DNA of 64,000 nucleotides from Planctomycetales bacterium (GTDB lineage: Bacteria; Planctomycetota; JAKEIC01), in the NCBI GenBank assembly GCA_022614695.1, contig JAKEIC010000342.1, forward strand, positions 4,012 through 68,011, given 5' to 3'. The translations under genes were made by a program, and so were the position numbers. Below are positions 27,209 to 36,617 of this stretch, one piece after another (position 1 is the stretch's first letter; every line of letters starts with the position of its first letter). A model generated the notes under the pieces. That model was not told the origin of the DNA. It did no database searches and worked only from the letters and a program-made list of their open reading frames with translations.

Positions 27209-29059
27209 TCACCTCCTTGCGCGGACCGACTCCAGGAGCTGCGCCACGAGCGCGTAGTTCCCGAACGGCGTGGGGACGTAGATCCCGGGGAACCTCCGCA
27301 GAACCTCCGCCGCGACGTCGGAGGCGATCGCGAGGCCTTCGTCGGCCGCGTGGTCGGGGTCCGCGGCCGCCATCCGCTTCCGGACCGCCTCCGGGACGTG
27401 GATGCCGGGGACCTCGTTGTGGAGGAACTCGGCGTGGCGGGCGGAGACGAGCGGGAGGACCCCCGGGAGGACCGGGACCCCGAGCGAGGCCGTCGCCGCC
27501 GCGAAGGGCGCGACCCGCTCGGGCTCGAAGATCGGCTGGGTGAGGACGAACTTCGCGCCCGCGGCGATCTTCCGCCCGAGACGCCGGAGCGTCCCGTCGA
27601 GGGGCTCGGCGAGCGGGTCGAGCCCCACCCCGACGACGAACCGGCCCCTCGCCCCGAGCGGCACGCTCGCCGGGGAGAGGCCGCGGTTCATCGCGCCGGC
27701 CATCTCGACGATCCCGGCCGCCGTCAGGTCGTAGACGAGCGTCGCCGGCGCCATCGCCCCCGCGCCGGGAGGGTCGCCGGTCGTCACGAAGAGGTATCGG
27801 ACCGCGAGCGCATGGAGGCCGAGCAGCTCCGACTCGATCGCGAGGTGGTTCCGGTCGCGGCCCGTCACGTGGACGAGGGGCTCGGGACCGCTCTCGCGCC
27901 GGAGGATCGCGGCGATCGCCAGCGGGGAGACGCGCGGCGCGCCGAGCGGGTTGTCGGGGATCCTCGCGAGCTGGACGCCGGCCGACGAGAGGAGCCTCGC
28001 CCCCTCGAGGACCCGCGCGGTGTCGAGCCCCCGAGGCGGCACGAGGTCGGCGACCACCACGGGGCCGCGCCCGTCGAACACCGTCGGCTCGGGCCTCTCG
28101 CGGACGGGAGCGACGTTCGTCACGTCCTCCGTCCGGGCGACCGCCGCCGCGCGGCGCGTCCCGGGCGCGAGCCCCCGCACGGCCTCCGCGATGGCCCGGA
28201 CGTCGCGGGGCGTCGTCCCGCAGCAGCCGCCGACGAGGCTCGCCCCCGCCCGGACGAGTTCCACGGCCGACGCGGCGAGGTACTCCGGCGTCGTGTCGTA
28301 GACGTAGCGCCCTCCGACGAGCCGCGGGAGGCCCGCGTTCGGATAGGCGCTGAGCGGACCGGGGAGCGCGGCCCCCAGCTCGCGGAGGACGAGCAGAGTC
28401 TCGCGGGGTCCCTTCCCGCAGTTGGCCCCGACCACCGAGGCGCCCGCGCGGGAGAGGGTCTCGAGCGCATGGACAGCCTCCGCGCCCCGGAGGGTGCGCC
28501 CGCCCTCGAAGAACGCCATCTGCGCGACGACCGGGAGCCCCGTCCCGCGGGCCGTCCGGAGCGCCAGCAGGGCCTCGTCCAGGTCGGAGAATGTCTCGAG
28601 GATGAGGAGGTCCGCGCCCCCTTCGGCGAGGGCCTGCGCCTGCTCGCGGAAGATCTCCTCGCGCTGCGCATCGGGGAGGGGCGACTCTCCGGGCCGCGGG
28701 GGGGTGAGGGGTCCCATCGCGCCGGCCACGAAGACGCCCGTGCCGGCCGCCTCCCGGGCGAGCCGGGCCGCCGCGAGGTTCACGTCCCGCGGGGCCGCCG
28801 AGGAGCCCCGCCGGGCGAGGCGGTCCCGGTTCGCGCCGAAGGAGTTCGTCTCGATCACGTGGGCGCCGGCCGCCACGTAGTCCAGGTGCACGGCCCGCAC
28901 CGCCTCCGGGTGGGCGAGGCTGAGCTCCTCGAAGCAGACCGTGAACGGGAATCCCCGCTCGTGAAGGAGGGTCCCCATGGCGCCGTCCCCGACGAGGATC
29001 CCCCGCCTCAACCGCTCGAGGAATTCCGCGCCGCGCGCCATCGGGCCGGAGTGTATCAC
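27209..29059 (-). CDS. bifunctional homocysteine S-methyltransferase / 5,10-methylenetetrahydrofolate reductase (YitJ-like)
   Basis: N-terminal Hcy-binding domain (GDGAMGTLL...ETNSFGAN...GANCG...GGCCGTTP), C-terminal MTHFR domain (LVHVTGRDRN...FVLTQPIFE). 616 aa. Confidence 0.85.
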   Translation of the reverse strand: MIHSGPMARGAEFLERLRRGILVGDGAMGTLLHERGFPFTVCFEELSLAHPEAVRAVHLDYVAAGAHVIETNSFGANRDRLARRGSSAAPRDVNLAAARLAREAAGTGVFVAGAMGPLTPPRPGESPLPDAQREEIFREQAQALAEGGADLLILETFSDLDEALLALRTARGTGLPVVAQMAFFEGGRTLRGAEAVHALETLSRAGASVVGANCGKGPRETLLVLRELGAALPGPLSAYPNAGLPRLVGGRYVYDTTPEYLAASAVELVRAGASLVGGCCGTTPRDVRAIAEAVRGLAPGTRRAAAVARTEDVTNVAPVRERPEPTVFDGRGPVVVADLVPPRGLDTARVLEGARLLSSAGVQLARIPDNPLGAPRVSPLAIAAILRRESGPEPLVHVTGRDRNHLAIESELLGLHALAVRYLFVTTGDPPGAGAMAPATLVYDLTAAGIVEMAGAMNRGLSPASVPLGARGRFVVGVGLDPLAEPLDGTLRRLGRKIAAGAKFVLTQPIFEPERVAPFAAATASLGVPVLPGVLPLVSARHAEFLHNEVPGIHVPEAVRKRMAAADPDHAADEGLAIASDVAAEVLRRFPGIYVPTPFGNYALVAQLLESVRARR

Positions 29060-29166
29060 GCCTCCCCTCCCACCCCGGGGCGGGTTCCCGGCCCTGGCGC
29101 GACGGCGCGAGCGCGGTTAGGATTCCGAAACCGGACCGGGTCGGTCCGGGATCCGGAGGAGGCCCC

Positions 29167-29709
29167 ATGACCACGCGAACACGGGAGATCACGCCGAAGT
29201 CCACGATGGGCGAGGTGCTGGAGACCTATCCGAGCGCCAAGCGCGCGCTCTTCCAGGCCTACCACATCGGAGGCTGCCATAGCTGCGGCTACGAGCTCGG
29301 CGAGGCGCTCGAGAACGTCTGCGCGAGCCACGGGCTCGAGGACGTCTCCGAGGTGATCGAGTTCATCAAGAAGAGCCAGGAGCAGGACGACAAGGTCCAG
29401 GTCTCGGCGCGCGAGGTGGCCGAGATGGTGCGGAGCCGGGTGCCGTTCAAGTTCCTGGACGTGCGGAGCGAGGAGGAATGGCAGGTCGCCAAGATCTCGG
29501 GCGCGCAACTCGTCACCGAGCAGCTCGTGCAGGAGATCATGACGAGCTGGCCCAAGGACACGACGATCGTCGTCCACTGCCACCACGGGATGAGGAGCCT
29601 CGACGCAGCGAGCTACCTGATCGGGCACGGCTTCCAGAACGTCCGGAGCCTCGCGGGGGGGATTGATGCCTGGTCCCGCGAGGTGGATCCCACCGTCCCC
29701 ACTTATTAG
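29167..29709 (+). CDS. DUF1858-domain + rhodanese-domain protein
   Basis: HIGGCHSCGYELGEALE (DUF1858-like) and rhodanese active-site loop VVHCHHGMRS. Strong GGAGGAGG SD upstream. Confidence 0.7.
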   Translation: MTTRTREITPKSTMGEVLETYPSAKRALFQAYHIGGCHSCGYELGEALENVCASHGLEDVSEVIEFIKKSQEQDDKVQVSAREVAEMVRSRVPFKFLDVRSEEEWQVAKISGAQLVTEQLVQEIMTSWPKDTTIVVHCHHGMRSLDAASYLIGHGFQNVRSLAGGIDAWSREVDPTVPTY

Positions 29710-29891
29710 GTCCTGTAACGTTTCGTGACGCCGGTAGGCCGGGCCCGAGCCGCGGGTGCATATTCCCGTTGCGCGCCCCTTGCCACTTGCCTGGGGAGCT
29801 CTCCGGCCCGGGGCGTGCTACTTGGCAGGAAGAACACGTGGTCCTAGAATGGCCACTCCCCCGGATGCGCCGGGGGCCCAGGAGGAATGCC

Positions 29892-31403
29892 ATGAGGAAT
29901 TCTCGAAGCGAGCGCGGGGCGATCCTGATCATCGTCATGATCATGATCATGGTCGTCGCGGGCATGTCCGCCGCTCTCCTGCACGTGGCGATGGCGCAGG
30001 CGAAGACCGCCGAGAGCGCCTGGTACCAGGCCAAGTCGCTCGAGCTGGCGGAGACGGGGATTGACCGCGCCCGCTCCCTCCTCCAGGGCACCCCGCCCTC
30101 CGGGGTCACCTCGGCGAACGGGACGGCGTGGTCGTCGCTCCTCTCGACGACGGGCGGGACCGGCGCCTGGAACCCGACGAACGACGACGTGGGGCTCGAC
30201 GGGCAGTCCGCCACCAACGACTACGGCGAGAATGACGGCTACCCGACCCCGCCCTACCCGGCGCGCGGGACCGCGGCCCCGGGCGAGCCGAACATCACGC
30301 CGGTCCCGCTCGGCACCGTGAACTCGGTCGGCGCCGCGGACGACCACAACTGGACCCTCCACGCCCGGTGGTGGGGCGGCGACGGCGTGGACAACAACAA
30401 CGATGGCCAGGTGGACACCGACATCAACGAGACTCGTACCTACACGATCCGGGCGGCGGGGCTCTTCCAGGGCCAGTACGCCGAGCTCGAGTCGGTCGTG
30501 ACGCGCGACCCGCCCCAGCCCCCGATCAACCCCAGCAGCCCGCCGGCCGGGATGCTCTCGGCGATCTCGATCCAGGTCGCGGCGGGCGGCTACACGGGGG
30601 GGGCCAACAACGTGAACATCTTCAACCCCTCGGCCGCCAACAGCGTCTCGGGGTTCGACAACCCGACGAGCATCACGGGCGCGCAGGCTCCGAGCGCCAC
30701 GAACAACACGACCGGGGTCCAGCTCGCCGCGAACGGCGCCTCCCTCTCCCTCACGTCCAACAACACCTCGGGCGTGACCGGGACCGGCGGGACCCCCTCG
30801 TTCAACAACAGCGGCACGTACATCGGGAACATCGTGGACACGATCGCCGACGGCGTGAAGCTCGCGGCCCGCGACACGAGCGGGAACCCGAGCAGCGACG
30901 CCAACAACCAGAGCCTCGGCTCCCCGAGCAACCTGCGCCTCGTCTACCACGACGCGGACGCGAACGGCTCGCTGACGATCGGCGGCGCCTCCGGCCCGGG
31001 CTACGGGATCCTGGTCGTGGACGTGACCAACGCGAGCAGCCCTCCTCTCCAGTTCTCCGGCAGCAACAGCACCTGGGAGGGGGTCGTGATCGTGCGGATC
31101 AAGGGGACCGCCACCACGAACACGAACGGCTTCGTGAAGGCGGTCGGGGCGGGCTCGACTCCGGGGCAGATCGGGTCGGTCATCGTCTACGCGAAGGGGG
31201 CCGTGAACTACGGTGGCGGGTCGGACGACTTCTACAAGAACAACGGCAACCGGACGACGCAGTTCTCGATGGGCGCCGTGAGGGCGGCCCTGACGGCCTT
31301 CAACAACCAGGTGCCGCCCCCGCCCGCCCAGGCTCTCGTCACCCCGCTCACGTGGCGGCCGATCCGGGTGCCCGGCGCGCGGTGGGTGCAGGCGGGAGAG
31401 TAG
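29892..31403 (+). CDS. PilX_N / GspK-like minor (pseudo)pilin with large Asn/Thr/Gly/Ser-rich low-complexity domain
   Basis: MRNSRSERGAILIIVMIMIMVVAGMSAALLHVAMAQAKTAESAWYQAKSLELAETG resembles the PilX N-terminus. Remainder is low-complexity N/T/S/G. Locally lower GC. GGAGGAA SD before ATG 29892. Confidence 0.55.
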   Translation: MRNSRSERGAILIIVMIMIMVVAGMSAALLHVAMAQAKTAESAWYQAKSLELAETGIDRARSLLQGTPPSGVTSANGTAWSSLLSTTGGTGAWNPTNDDVGLDGQSATNDYGENDGYPTPPYPARGTAAPGEPNITPVPLGTVNSVGAADDHNWTLHARWWGGDGVDNNNDGQVDTDINETRTYTIRAAGLFQGQYAELESVVTRDPPQPPINPSSPPAGMLSAISIQVAAGGYTGGANNVNIFNPSAANSVSGFDNPTSITGAQAPSATNNTTGVQLAANGASLSLTSNNTSGVTGTGGTPSFNNSGTYIGNIVDTIADGVKLAARDTSGNPSSDANNQSLGSPSNLRLVYHDADANGSLTIGGASGPGYGILVVDVTNASSPPLQFSGSNSTWEGVVIVRIKGTATTNTNGFVKAVGAGSTPGQIGSVIVYAKGAVNYGGGSDDFYKNNGNRTTQFSMGAVRAALTAFNNQVPPPPAQALVTPLTWRPIRVPGARWVQAGE

Positions 31404-31744
31404 GGACGACGCTCGCGGACCAGGACTGCGTCCCCTGCAAGGGCGGGGTGCCGCCGCTCACGCCCGAGCAGATCGCGCCGCTCCTCGCGGAGCTCCCGGG
31501 CTGGAAGGTGGTCGAGAGCCGACACCTCCTCCGCGCCTTCCCCCTCAAGAACTTCGCGCAAGCCCTCGACCTCACGGTGAAGATCGGCGCCGTGGCCGAG
31601 CAGCAGAAGCACCACCCGGAACTCCGTCTCGGCTGGGGGATGGTCGAGGTGAAGATCTGGACTCACAAGATAAACGGCCTCACCGAGAGCGACTTCGTCC
31701 TCGCCGCCAAGTGCGACCGGGCCAGGGCGGCCCTCCCCTTCTAG
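31382..31744 (+). CDS. pterin-4a-carbinolamine dehydratase (PCD/DCoH)
   Basis: LTPEQIAPLLAELPGWKVVE...FPLKNFAQALDLTVKIGAVAEQQKHHPEL...WTHKINGLTESDFVLAAKCD. Only in-frame start is GTG 31382 (overlaps the upstream gene end), so the start is uncertain. Confidence 0.75.
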   Translation: MGAGGRVGTTLADQDCVPCKGGVPPLTPEQIAPLLAELPGWKVVESRHLLRAFPLKNFAQALDLTVKIGAVAEQQKHHPELRLGWGMVEVKIWTHKINGLTESDFVLAAKCDRARAALPF

Positions 31745-31793
31745 GGGGACAGCGCCGGGCGCTCTCCCGGGGGACACAGCCGGGCACTGTCCC
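31745..31793 (+). terminator. GC-rich hairpin / imperfect tandem repeat after the PCD gene (terminator-like, no U-tract)
   Basis: GGGGACAG...CTGTCCCC 8-bp inverted repeat enclosing GGGGGACA(G/C)...GCCGGGC(G/A)CT tandem copies. Confidence 0.25.
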
Positions 31794-32014
31794 CAAAGCG
31801 GACGGACGCCCACGCGGTATCCGGTGCTGGCTACTTGATATGCCCCAAGGCCCCTCCCCCGGCGCACGGCTCACCTCGATACGTCCCAAGACGCTATCCG
31901 CCTTGAGGTTGGAGGGGTCACGGCCCGGGCTCTGAACGCCGGTCCTGGTACGGGGGTTGCGGAGCCACTCCATCAGAGATAGTGTCCCCTGACCCGGGGC
32001 AACGGGAGGTATCC

Positions 32015-33166
32015 GTGAATCGCGCCAAGTCCCGATGTGCCACTCTCCTGGCGAGCGCCCTCGTGCTCGGTCCGCTCGCCACGGGCGCGGCTGCCGACGA
32101 GACCCTCGTCCTGCGCAGCGGGAAGACCTTCACCGGCGAGGTCGCCGAAGTCGGCGGGGCGGTGGTGAAGTTCCGGACCGAGGGGGCGCTCCTCACGGTC
32201 GAGTTCGCCCAGGTCGAGCCGGGGAGCCTCTACAAGCTCCTCGCGCCGCGGACCGACGCGAAGAACGCCGAGGCTCGGTTCCAGCTCGGCGAGACCTGCG
32301 CCCGCTACGGCGCCTACGAGGAGGCCCGCGGCGAGTTCGAGGCCGCGCGCTCCCTCGACGCCTCGTTCCGGGACCGGGTCGAGGCGCGGCTCCGCGAGGT
32401 CTACCACCTGCAGGCCCAGGGGGTCTACAACCAGGGCCTCGAGGCGATGCTCGCGGCGGACTGGACCAAGGCGGTGGACGCCTTCCGCTTCGTCGCCGAC
32501 AAGTTCGCCGAGAGCGAGTGGGCCGAGAAGGCGAAGGAGCTGCAGGCCCGGGCGCTCGCCGAGCTGGAGAAGGCCGAGGCCCAGAAGAAGGCGGCGCCGG
32601 CGGCCCCCGCGCCCGCGGCGGGGAGCGGGCCGACGGCCCCCGCGACGGCGTCCGGGGCGCCGGAAGTGAAGAGGCGCCTCACGCGGGAGGAGGCCCAGAA
32701 GCTCCGGATCGAGACCCTCGTCAAGACGCTGCGCAAGAAGGCCGAGGACTGGTCGGCCGACGCCGACAAGAAGAACCGCGAGGGGCTCGAGTGGGACGCC
32801 AAGGGGAACGTCACCCGCGCCTCCCGCGGCTACGAGGAGGCCGTGGACCTCTCGCTCCGCGCCAAGAACGCGCTCGGCAAGACCGCCGGCGTCCAGTACT
32901 ACGCGACCGACCTCGCCGTCCTCGAGGAGGCCCAGAAGAAGACCGAGGCCATCAACGCCTACCTCGTCCTCGTCTACCTGAACCTCGCGAACCTGCACAC
33001 GGTCCAGCGCAACTTCGAGCGCGGCTGGGAGTACGTGAACCTCGCTCTCCAGCTCGACCCCACCAACAAGCGGGCGCTCGACCTGAAGCAGAAGATCACC
33101 GAGCAGAGGATCGTGCGGAAGGCTTCGGACATGACGAACGCCAGGCCGAAGGTGTCCGGCGGGTAG
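32015..33166 (+). CDS. hypothetical secreted protein (signal peptide, Ala/Lys-rich coiled-coil, TPR-like C-terminus)
   Basis: GTG 32015 preceded by GGGAGG. Signal peptide ATLLASALVLGPLATGAAAD. Confidence 0.5.
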   Translation: MNRAKSRCATLLASALVLGPLATGAAADETLVLRSGKTFTGEVAEVGGAVVKFRTEGALLTVEFAQVEPGSLYKLLAPRTDAKNAEARFQLGETCARYGAYEEARGEFEAARSLDASFRDRVEARLREVYHLQAQGVYNQGLEAMLAADWTKAVDAFRFVADKFAESEWAEKAKELQARALAELEKAEAQKKAAPAAPAPAAGSGPTAPATASGAPEVKRRLTREEAQKLRIETLVKTLRKKAEDWSADADKKNREGLEWDAKGNVTRASRGYEEAVDLSLRAKNALGKTAGVQYYATDLAVLEEAQKKTEAINAYLVLVYLNLANLHTVQRNFERGWEYVNLALQLDPTNKRALDLKQKITEQRIVRKASDMTNARPKVSGG

Positions 33167-33299
33167 CCCTTCCGTCGCGGCGGGCGTCTGCCTCGTTGCG
33201 GCCGGTTGCGCCGCGGCCGCTCCGGCCGGCGAGGACCGCCCCCGCGCCCTCCTCGAGCGGGGACTCGCGGCGCAAGGGGGACGCGAGGCGCTCGGCGCC

Positions 33300-33866
33300 G
33301 TGAGGACCCTCGTCGAGGAAGCCCGCGTCACGTGGCGGGGCCGGGACCTCTCCGTGACCACCTACCTCCGGTTCCCGGACTCCCTCCGCCAGGAGGTCCG
33401 CGGCGAGGGCTACGAGGGGACCTCGGTCCTGGTGGGCGACCGGGCGGTCTTCCGCCAAGGCCCTCTCGCGGGACCGCTCGCGCCCGAGGACGCCGCGCTC
33501 CTGCGCGAGCTGCGAAAGAACTGGGTCCCGCTCCTCGGGGCGGAGGGGGACGCCCTGGAAGCCCTCCCGCGCGAGACCCGGGGGGGACGCTCTTGCGACG
33601 CGATCCTTGCGCGCGATGCCCGCGGCCGCGCGCGGCGCTTCCTCCTCGACGCGGAGACCGGCCTCCTCGCCGCGGTCGTCGCACGGCCCGAGGCGCCCGG
33701 GACGCCCGAGGTCGAGTACTCCTACGGCGACTGGAGGCGGGTCGGGAGCCTCCTCTGGCCCCACGAGGTCCGGATCTCGACCGGAGGCGTCGTCACGAAG
33801 GAGATCCGGACCGTGAAGGTCGTTGCGAACGAGGACCTCCCCGGGGCGCTCTTCGAGATGCCGTAG
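33300..33866 (+). CDS. hypothetical protein (possibly LolA-like periplasmic fold). Start doubtful.
   Basis: GTG 33300 per ORF track. An in-frame upstream stretch encodes a lipoprotein-like VCLVAAGC signal but has no start codon (see findings). Confidence 0.4.
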   Translation: MRTLVEEARVTWRGRDLSVTTYLRFPDSLRQEVRGEGYEGTSVLVGDRAVFRQGPLAGPLAPEDAALLRELRKNWVPLLGAEGDALEALPRETRGGRSCDAILARDARGRARRFLLDAETGLLAAVVARPEAPGTPEVEYSYGDWRRVGSLLWPHEVRISTGGVVTKEIRTVKVVANEDLPGALFEMP

Positions 33867-33915
33867 CGGCCGGTCAACTTGTCGAGCCCTCCCCAGTCCG
33901 CTACCCTCGACTCCG

Positions 33916-36612
33916 GTGCCCTCCGCCGAAGACCTCGTCCTCGGACGGCTCGCGGTCGAGAAGGGGCTCGTCCCTGCGGAGACCGTCGAGAGGTGCCTCG
34001 CGGCGCGCGAGGAGGGGGCCGCTGAACCGCCCTTCTCCGAGGCGCTCGCCGCCGAGGCGAGACTCGACGGGGAGCAGCGAGCCGAGCTCGACGCCCTCGC
34101 CGTCCAGGCGAAGAAGGTCGCCACCCGGCGGATCCTGCGCGAGGACCAGAAGTTCGGGGAGCTGGCCGTGGCGCGCGGCCTGCTCAAGCGCGAGGCGCTC
34201 GAGGAGGCGCTCGCCTCCCAGCGGTCGCTCCTCGAGCGGGGCCTGAAGAAGCGCCTCGGGGCGCTCCTCGTCGGCCGCGGCGACTTGACGCCGGCGCAGG
34301 TGCGCGACGTGCTCGCGGCCAAGGAGGAGGCGATCCTCGCCTGTCCCGAGTGCCACGCCCGGTGGAACGTCTTCGGATTCGCCCCGGGCCGCAAGGTGGA
34401 CTGCCCCCGCTGCCACCGTACGCTCGCGACGACCGACGCCGGGGCCCCGGTGGACGTCGAGGACACCCTCATGCTCCCCTCGATCGAGGCGCTGGAGGAG
34501 GCCCGGCCGAAGGGTCGGCCGCCGCCCGGGCGGACGAGGCTCGAGGAGAAACGGGCGTTCGGCGACTACGAGATCGTGCGGGAGCTGGCCCGGGGGGGGA
34601 TGGGGATCATCTACGTGGCGCGCCAGAGGCGGCTCGGGCGGACGGTGGCGCTGAAGGTGCTCCTCGCGGGCGAGGGGGCGACCGAGGAGATGGTCGCGCG
34701 CCTGCACCACGAGGCGCAGGCGGCCGCCAAGCTCCGCCACCCCCGCATCGTCGCCGTCCACGACGTCGGGGTCCACGAGGGGTCGCACTACATCTCGATG
34801 GACCTGATCGAGGGGGAGACCCTCGAGAAGGTCCTGAAGGAGCAGGGCCACGTGTCGCCGAGGCGCGCCGCCGAGCTCGCCCGCGACCTCGCCGAGGCCC
34901 TCTCCTACGCGCACGGCGAGGGGATCGTGCACCGGGACTTGAAGCCGGCGAACGTCCTCCTCGACAAGGACGGCAACCCGTTCCTCACCGACTTCGGTCT
35001 CGCGAAGGACCTCACCTCCGAGAAGGGCCTCACGGGAGCCGGCGCGATCCTCGGGACGCCGGACTACATGTCCCCGGAGCAGGCCCGCGGGCAGGCCCGC
35101 AAGGTGGACGCGCGCAGCGACGTCTTCTCGCTCGGCGCGGTCCTCTACCACGCGCTCGCCGGGCGGCCGCCGTTCTTGGCGAAGACCTCCATGAAGACCA
35201 TGGCGAACGTCGTCTCGCGGGACCCGGAGCCCCCGAGCCGCGTGAACCCGGCGGTCCCCCGGGATCTGGACGCGATCGCGCGCCGGGCGCTCGAGAAGCG
35301 TCCGGGGGACCGCTACGCGACCGCGGGCGAGATGGCGGAGGACCTGGAGCGGTACCTCGCCGGCGAGCCGGTGGAGGCCGCGGCGCCGAGCCCGCTCCGG
35401 GACCTCCTGCGGAGGCTCCGGCGGGACCGGACGCTCCAGGTGACGCTCGGCGTCGGCGTGGCGGCGTGCGCGGCGGGCTCGATCGCCACCGGGCTCCTCC
35501 TCGGCGGCGGCGGGGGCGGGGCCGGCCCCGGCGGGAAGGCGGGGAGGCCGGCCTCGGCGGGGGGCTCCTCCGCGGCGGAGAGGGTCCCCGAGGCCCCGGC
35601 CCTGGACCTGGCCGGCGTCTTCCGGACCCGCCACGCCGCGGCGGAGGCCGCCACGGCCCGGGCCCTCGCGGCGCCCGCGGCCGACTTCGAGGCGCGCGAG
35701 AGCGCGCTCAAGGCCGCGTACCTCCAGTACGCCGACCTGCTCGAGCTCGCGAGGCGCGACCCCGACACGCGCAAGAGGATCGCGTCCGACGAGGGGCTCC
35801 GGAAGCTCGCCGACGTCGAGGGGAAGCTCTCCGACGTGCGCCGGCGCCTCTCCGACGTGCACGTGGACCGAGCCGCGTCGCGCGGGGCCGAGGCCGAATG
35901 GGCGGAGGCCGAGTACAGCGCCGCGCTCGCCGACCTCGCCCGCGCCGTCGAGGTGGACTCTCGGAACGGGAGGGCCTTCGCGCTTCGCGGCAAGCTCCGC
36001 GCGCTCCGGGGCTGGTCGGTGAAGTCGCGCCCGTGGCCGGGGGCCGACGAGACCCTCTGGGACCTCCGCAAGGCGATCGAGCACGAGCCGCGCGACGGGG
36101 CCTCCCACGCCTGGTACGCCGTCGCCCTCGCCGACGTCGGGAAGATCGCCGAGGCCCTCGCCGCCTGCGACGAGGCGGCACGCCTCGCCCCCCCGGGGGA
36201 GCCGGCGGTGCCGTACGCGCGGGGATGGGCGCAATTCCTCGTGGGCTCCGAAGGAGGCGAGGGCGCCGGGAAGTGCCTCGAGAGGGCGGAGGCCGAATTC
36301 CGGGCCGCCTGGGAACTCGCGCGGAAGTCGGTGGACCGCCTGCAGGCTGCCCGCGCGGCGGTGAACCTCGCGATGGTGCTCGACCAGAGGAAGCGCGCCG
36401 TCGAGGGGATCGCGGTCCTCGACGAGTTCCTCCGGGGGGTCGCCGACGACGACCGGGGGCGGTGGGCCGTCGAGGGGAGGGTCGTCCGGGGCTGGCTCCA
36501 CGAGAGCTCCGGGGCGCCGGCGAAGGCGCTCGCCGACTACGAGCGCGTGGTCGCCCTCGTCCCGAACCACCGGTTCGCGACGGAGAGGCTCCAGGCGCTC
36601 CGGGGGAAGTAG
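33916..36612 (+). CDS. Ser/Thr protein kinase with three N-terminal MshEN (GspE-N-type c-di-GMP-binding) motifs, zinc ribbon, TM and TPR-like C-terminus
   Basis: LGRLAVEKGLVPAETVERCLAA, FGELAVARGLLKREALEEALASQ and RLGALLVGRGDLTPAQVRDVLAAK match the MshEN 24-residue motif. CPECHARW...CPRCH, then GDYEIVRELARGGMGIIYVA, HRDLKPANVLL, DFGLAKDL, YMSPEQ. GTG 33916. Confidence 0.8.
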   Translation: MPSAEDLVLGRLAVEKGLVPAETVERCLAAREEGAAEPPFSEALAAEARLDGEQRAELDALAVQAKKVATRRILREDQKFGELAVARGLLKREALEEALASQRSLLERGLKKRLGALLVGRGDLTPAQVRDVLAAKEEAILACPECHARWNVFGFAPGRKVDCPRCHRTLATTDAGAPVDVEDTLMLPSIEALEEARPKGRPPPGRTRLEEKRAFGDYEIVRELARGGMGIIYVARQRRLGRTVALKVLLAGEGATEEMVARLHHEAQAAAKLRHPRIVAVHDVGVHEGSHYISMDLIEGETLEKVLKEQGHVSPRRAAELARDLAEALSYAHGEGIVHRDLKPANVLLDKDGNPFLTDFGLAKDLTSEKGLTGAGAILGTPDYMSPEQARGQARKVDARSDVFSLGAVLYHALAGRPPFLAKTSMKTMANVVSRDPEPPSRVNPAVPRDLDAIARRALEKRPGDRYATAGEMAEDLERYLAGEPVEAAAPSPLRDLLRRLRRDRTLQVTLGVGVAACAAGSIATGLLLGGGGGGAGPGGKAGRPASAGGSSAAERVPEAPALDLAGVFRTRHAAAEAATARALAAPAADFEARESALKAAYLQYADLLELARRDPDTRKRIASDEGLRKLADVEGKLSDVRRRLSDVHVDRAASRGAEAEWAEAEYSAALADLARAVEVDSRNGRAFALRGKLRALRGWSVKSRPWPGADETLWDLRKAIEHEPRDGASHAWYAVALADVGKIAEALAACDEAARLAPPGEPAVPYARGWAQFLVGSEGGEGAGKCLERAEAEFRAAWELARKSVDRLQAARAAVNLAMVLDQRKRAVEGIAVLDEFLRGVADDDRGRWAVEGRVVRGWLHESSGAPAKALADYERVVALVPNHRFATERLQALRGK

Positions 36613-36617
36613 GCCCC

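Noticed and set aside
26880-29204. 774-aa minus ORF and 606-aa plus ORF 27350..29170
   Set aside because: The minus ORF is the Rieske ferredoxin fused by read-through to an off-frame reading of the MTHFR gene. The plus ORF is antisense to the MTHFR gene.
29844-30950. 368-aa minus ORF, 458-aa plus ORF 30368..31744 and 113-aa ORF 30590..30931 inside the PilX-like gene
   Set aside because: Off-frame or antisense. Only the last 120 codons of 30368..31744 (PCD) are genuine.
31973-34472. 462-aa and 458-aa minus ORFs and plus ORFs 32035..33303 and 33206..34246
   Set aside because: Antisense or off-frame to the secreted coiled-coil protein, the 33300 gene and the MshEN-kinase. Arg-rich composition.
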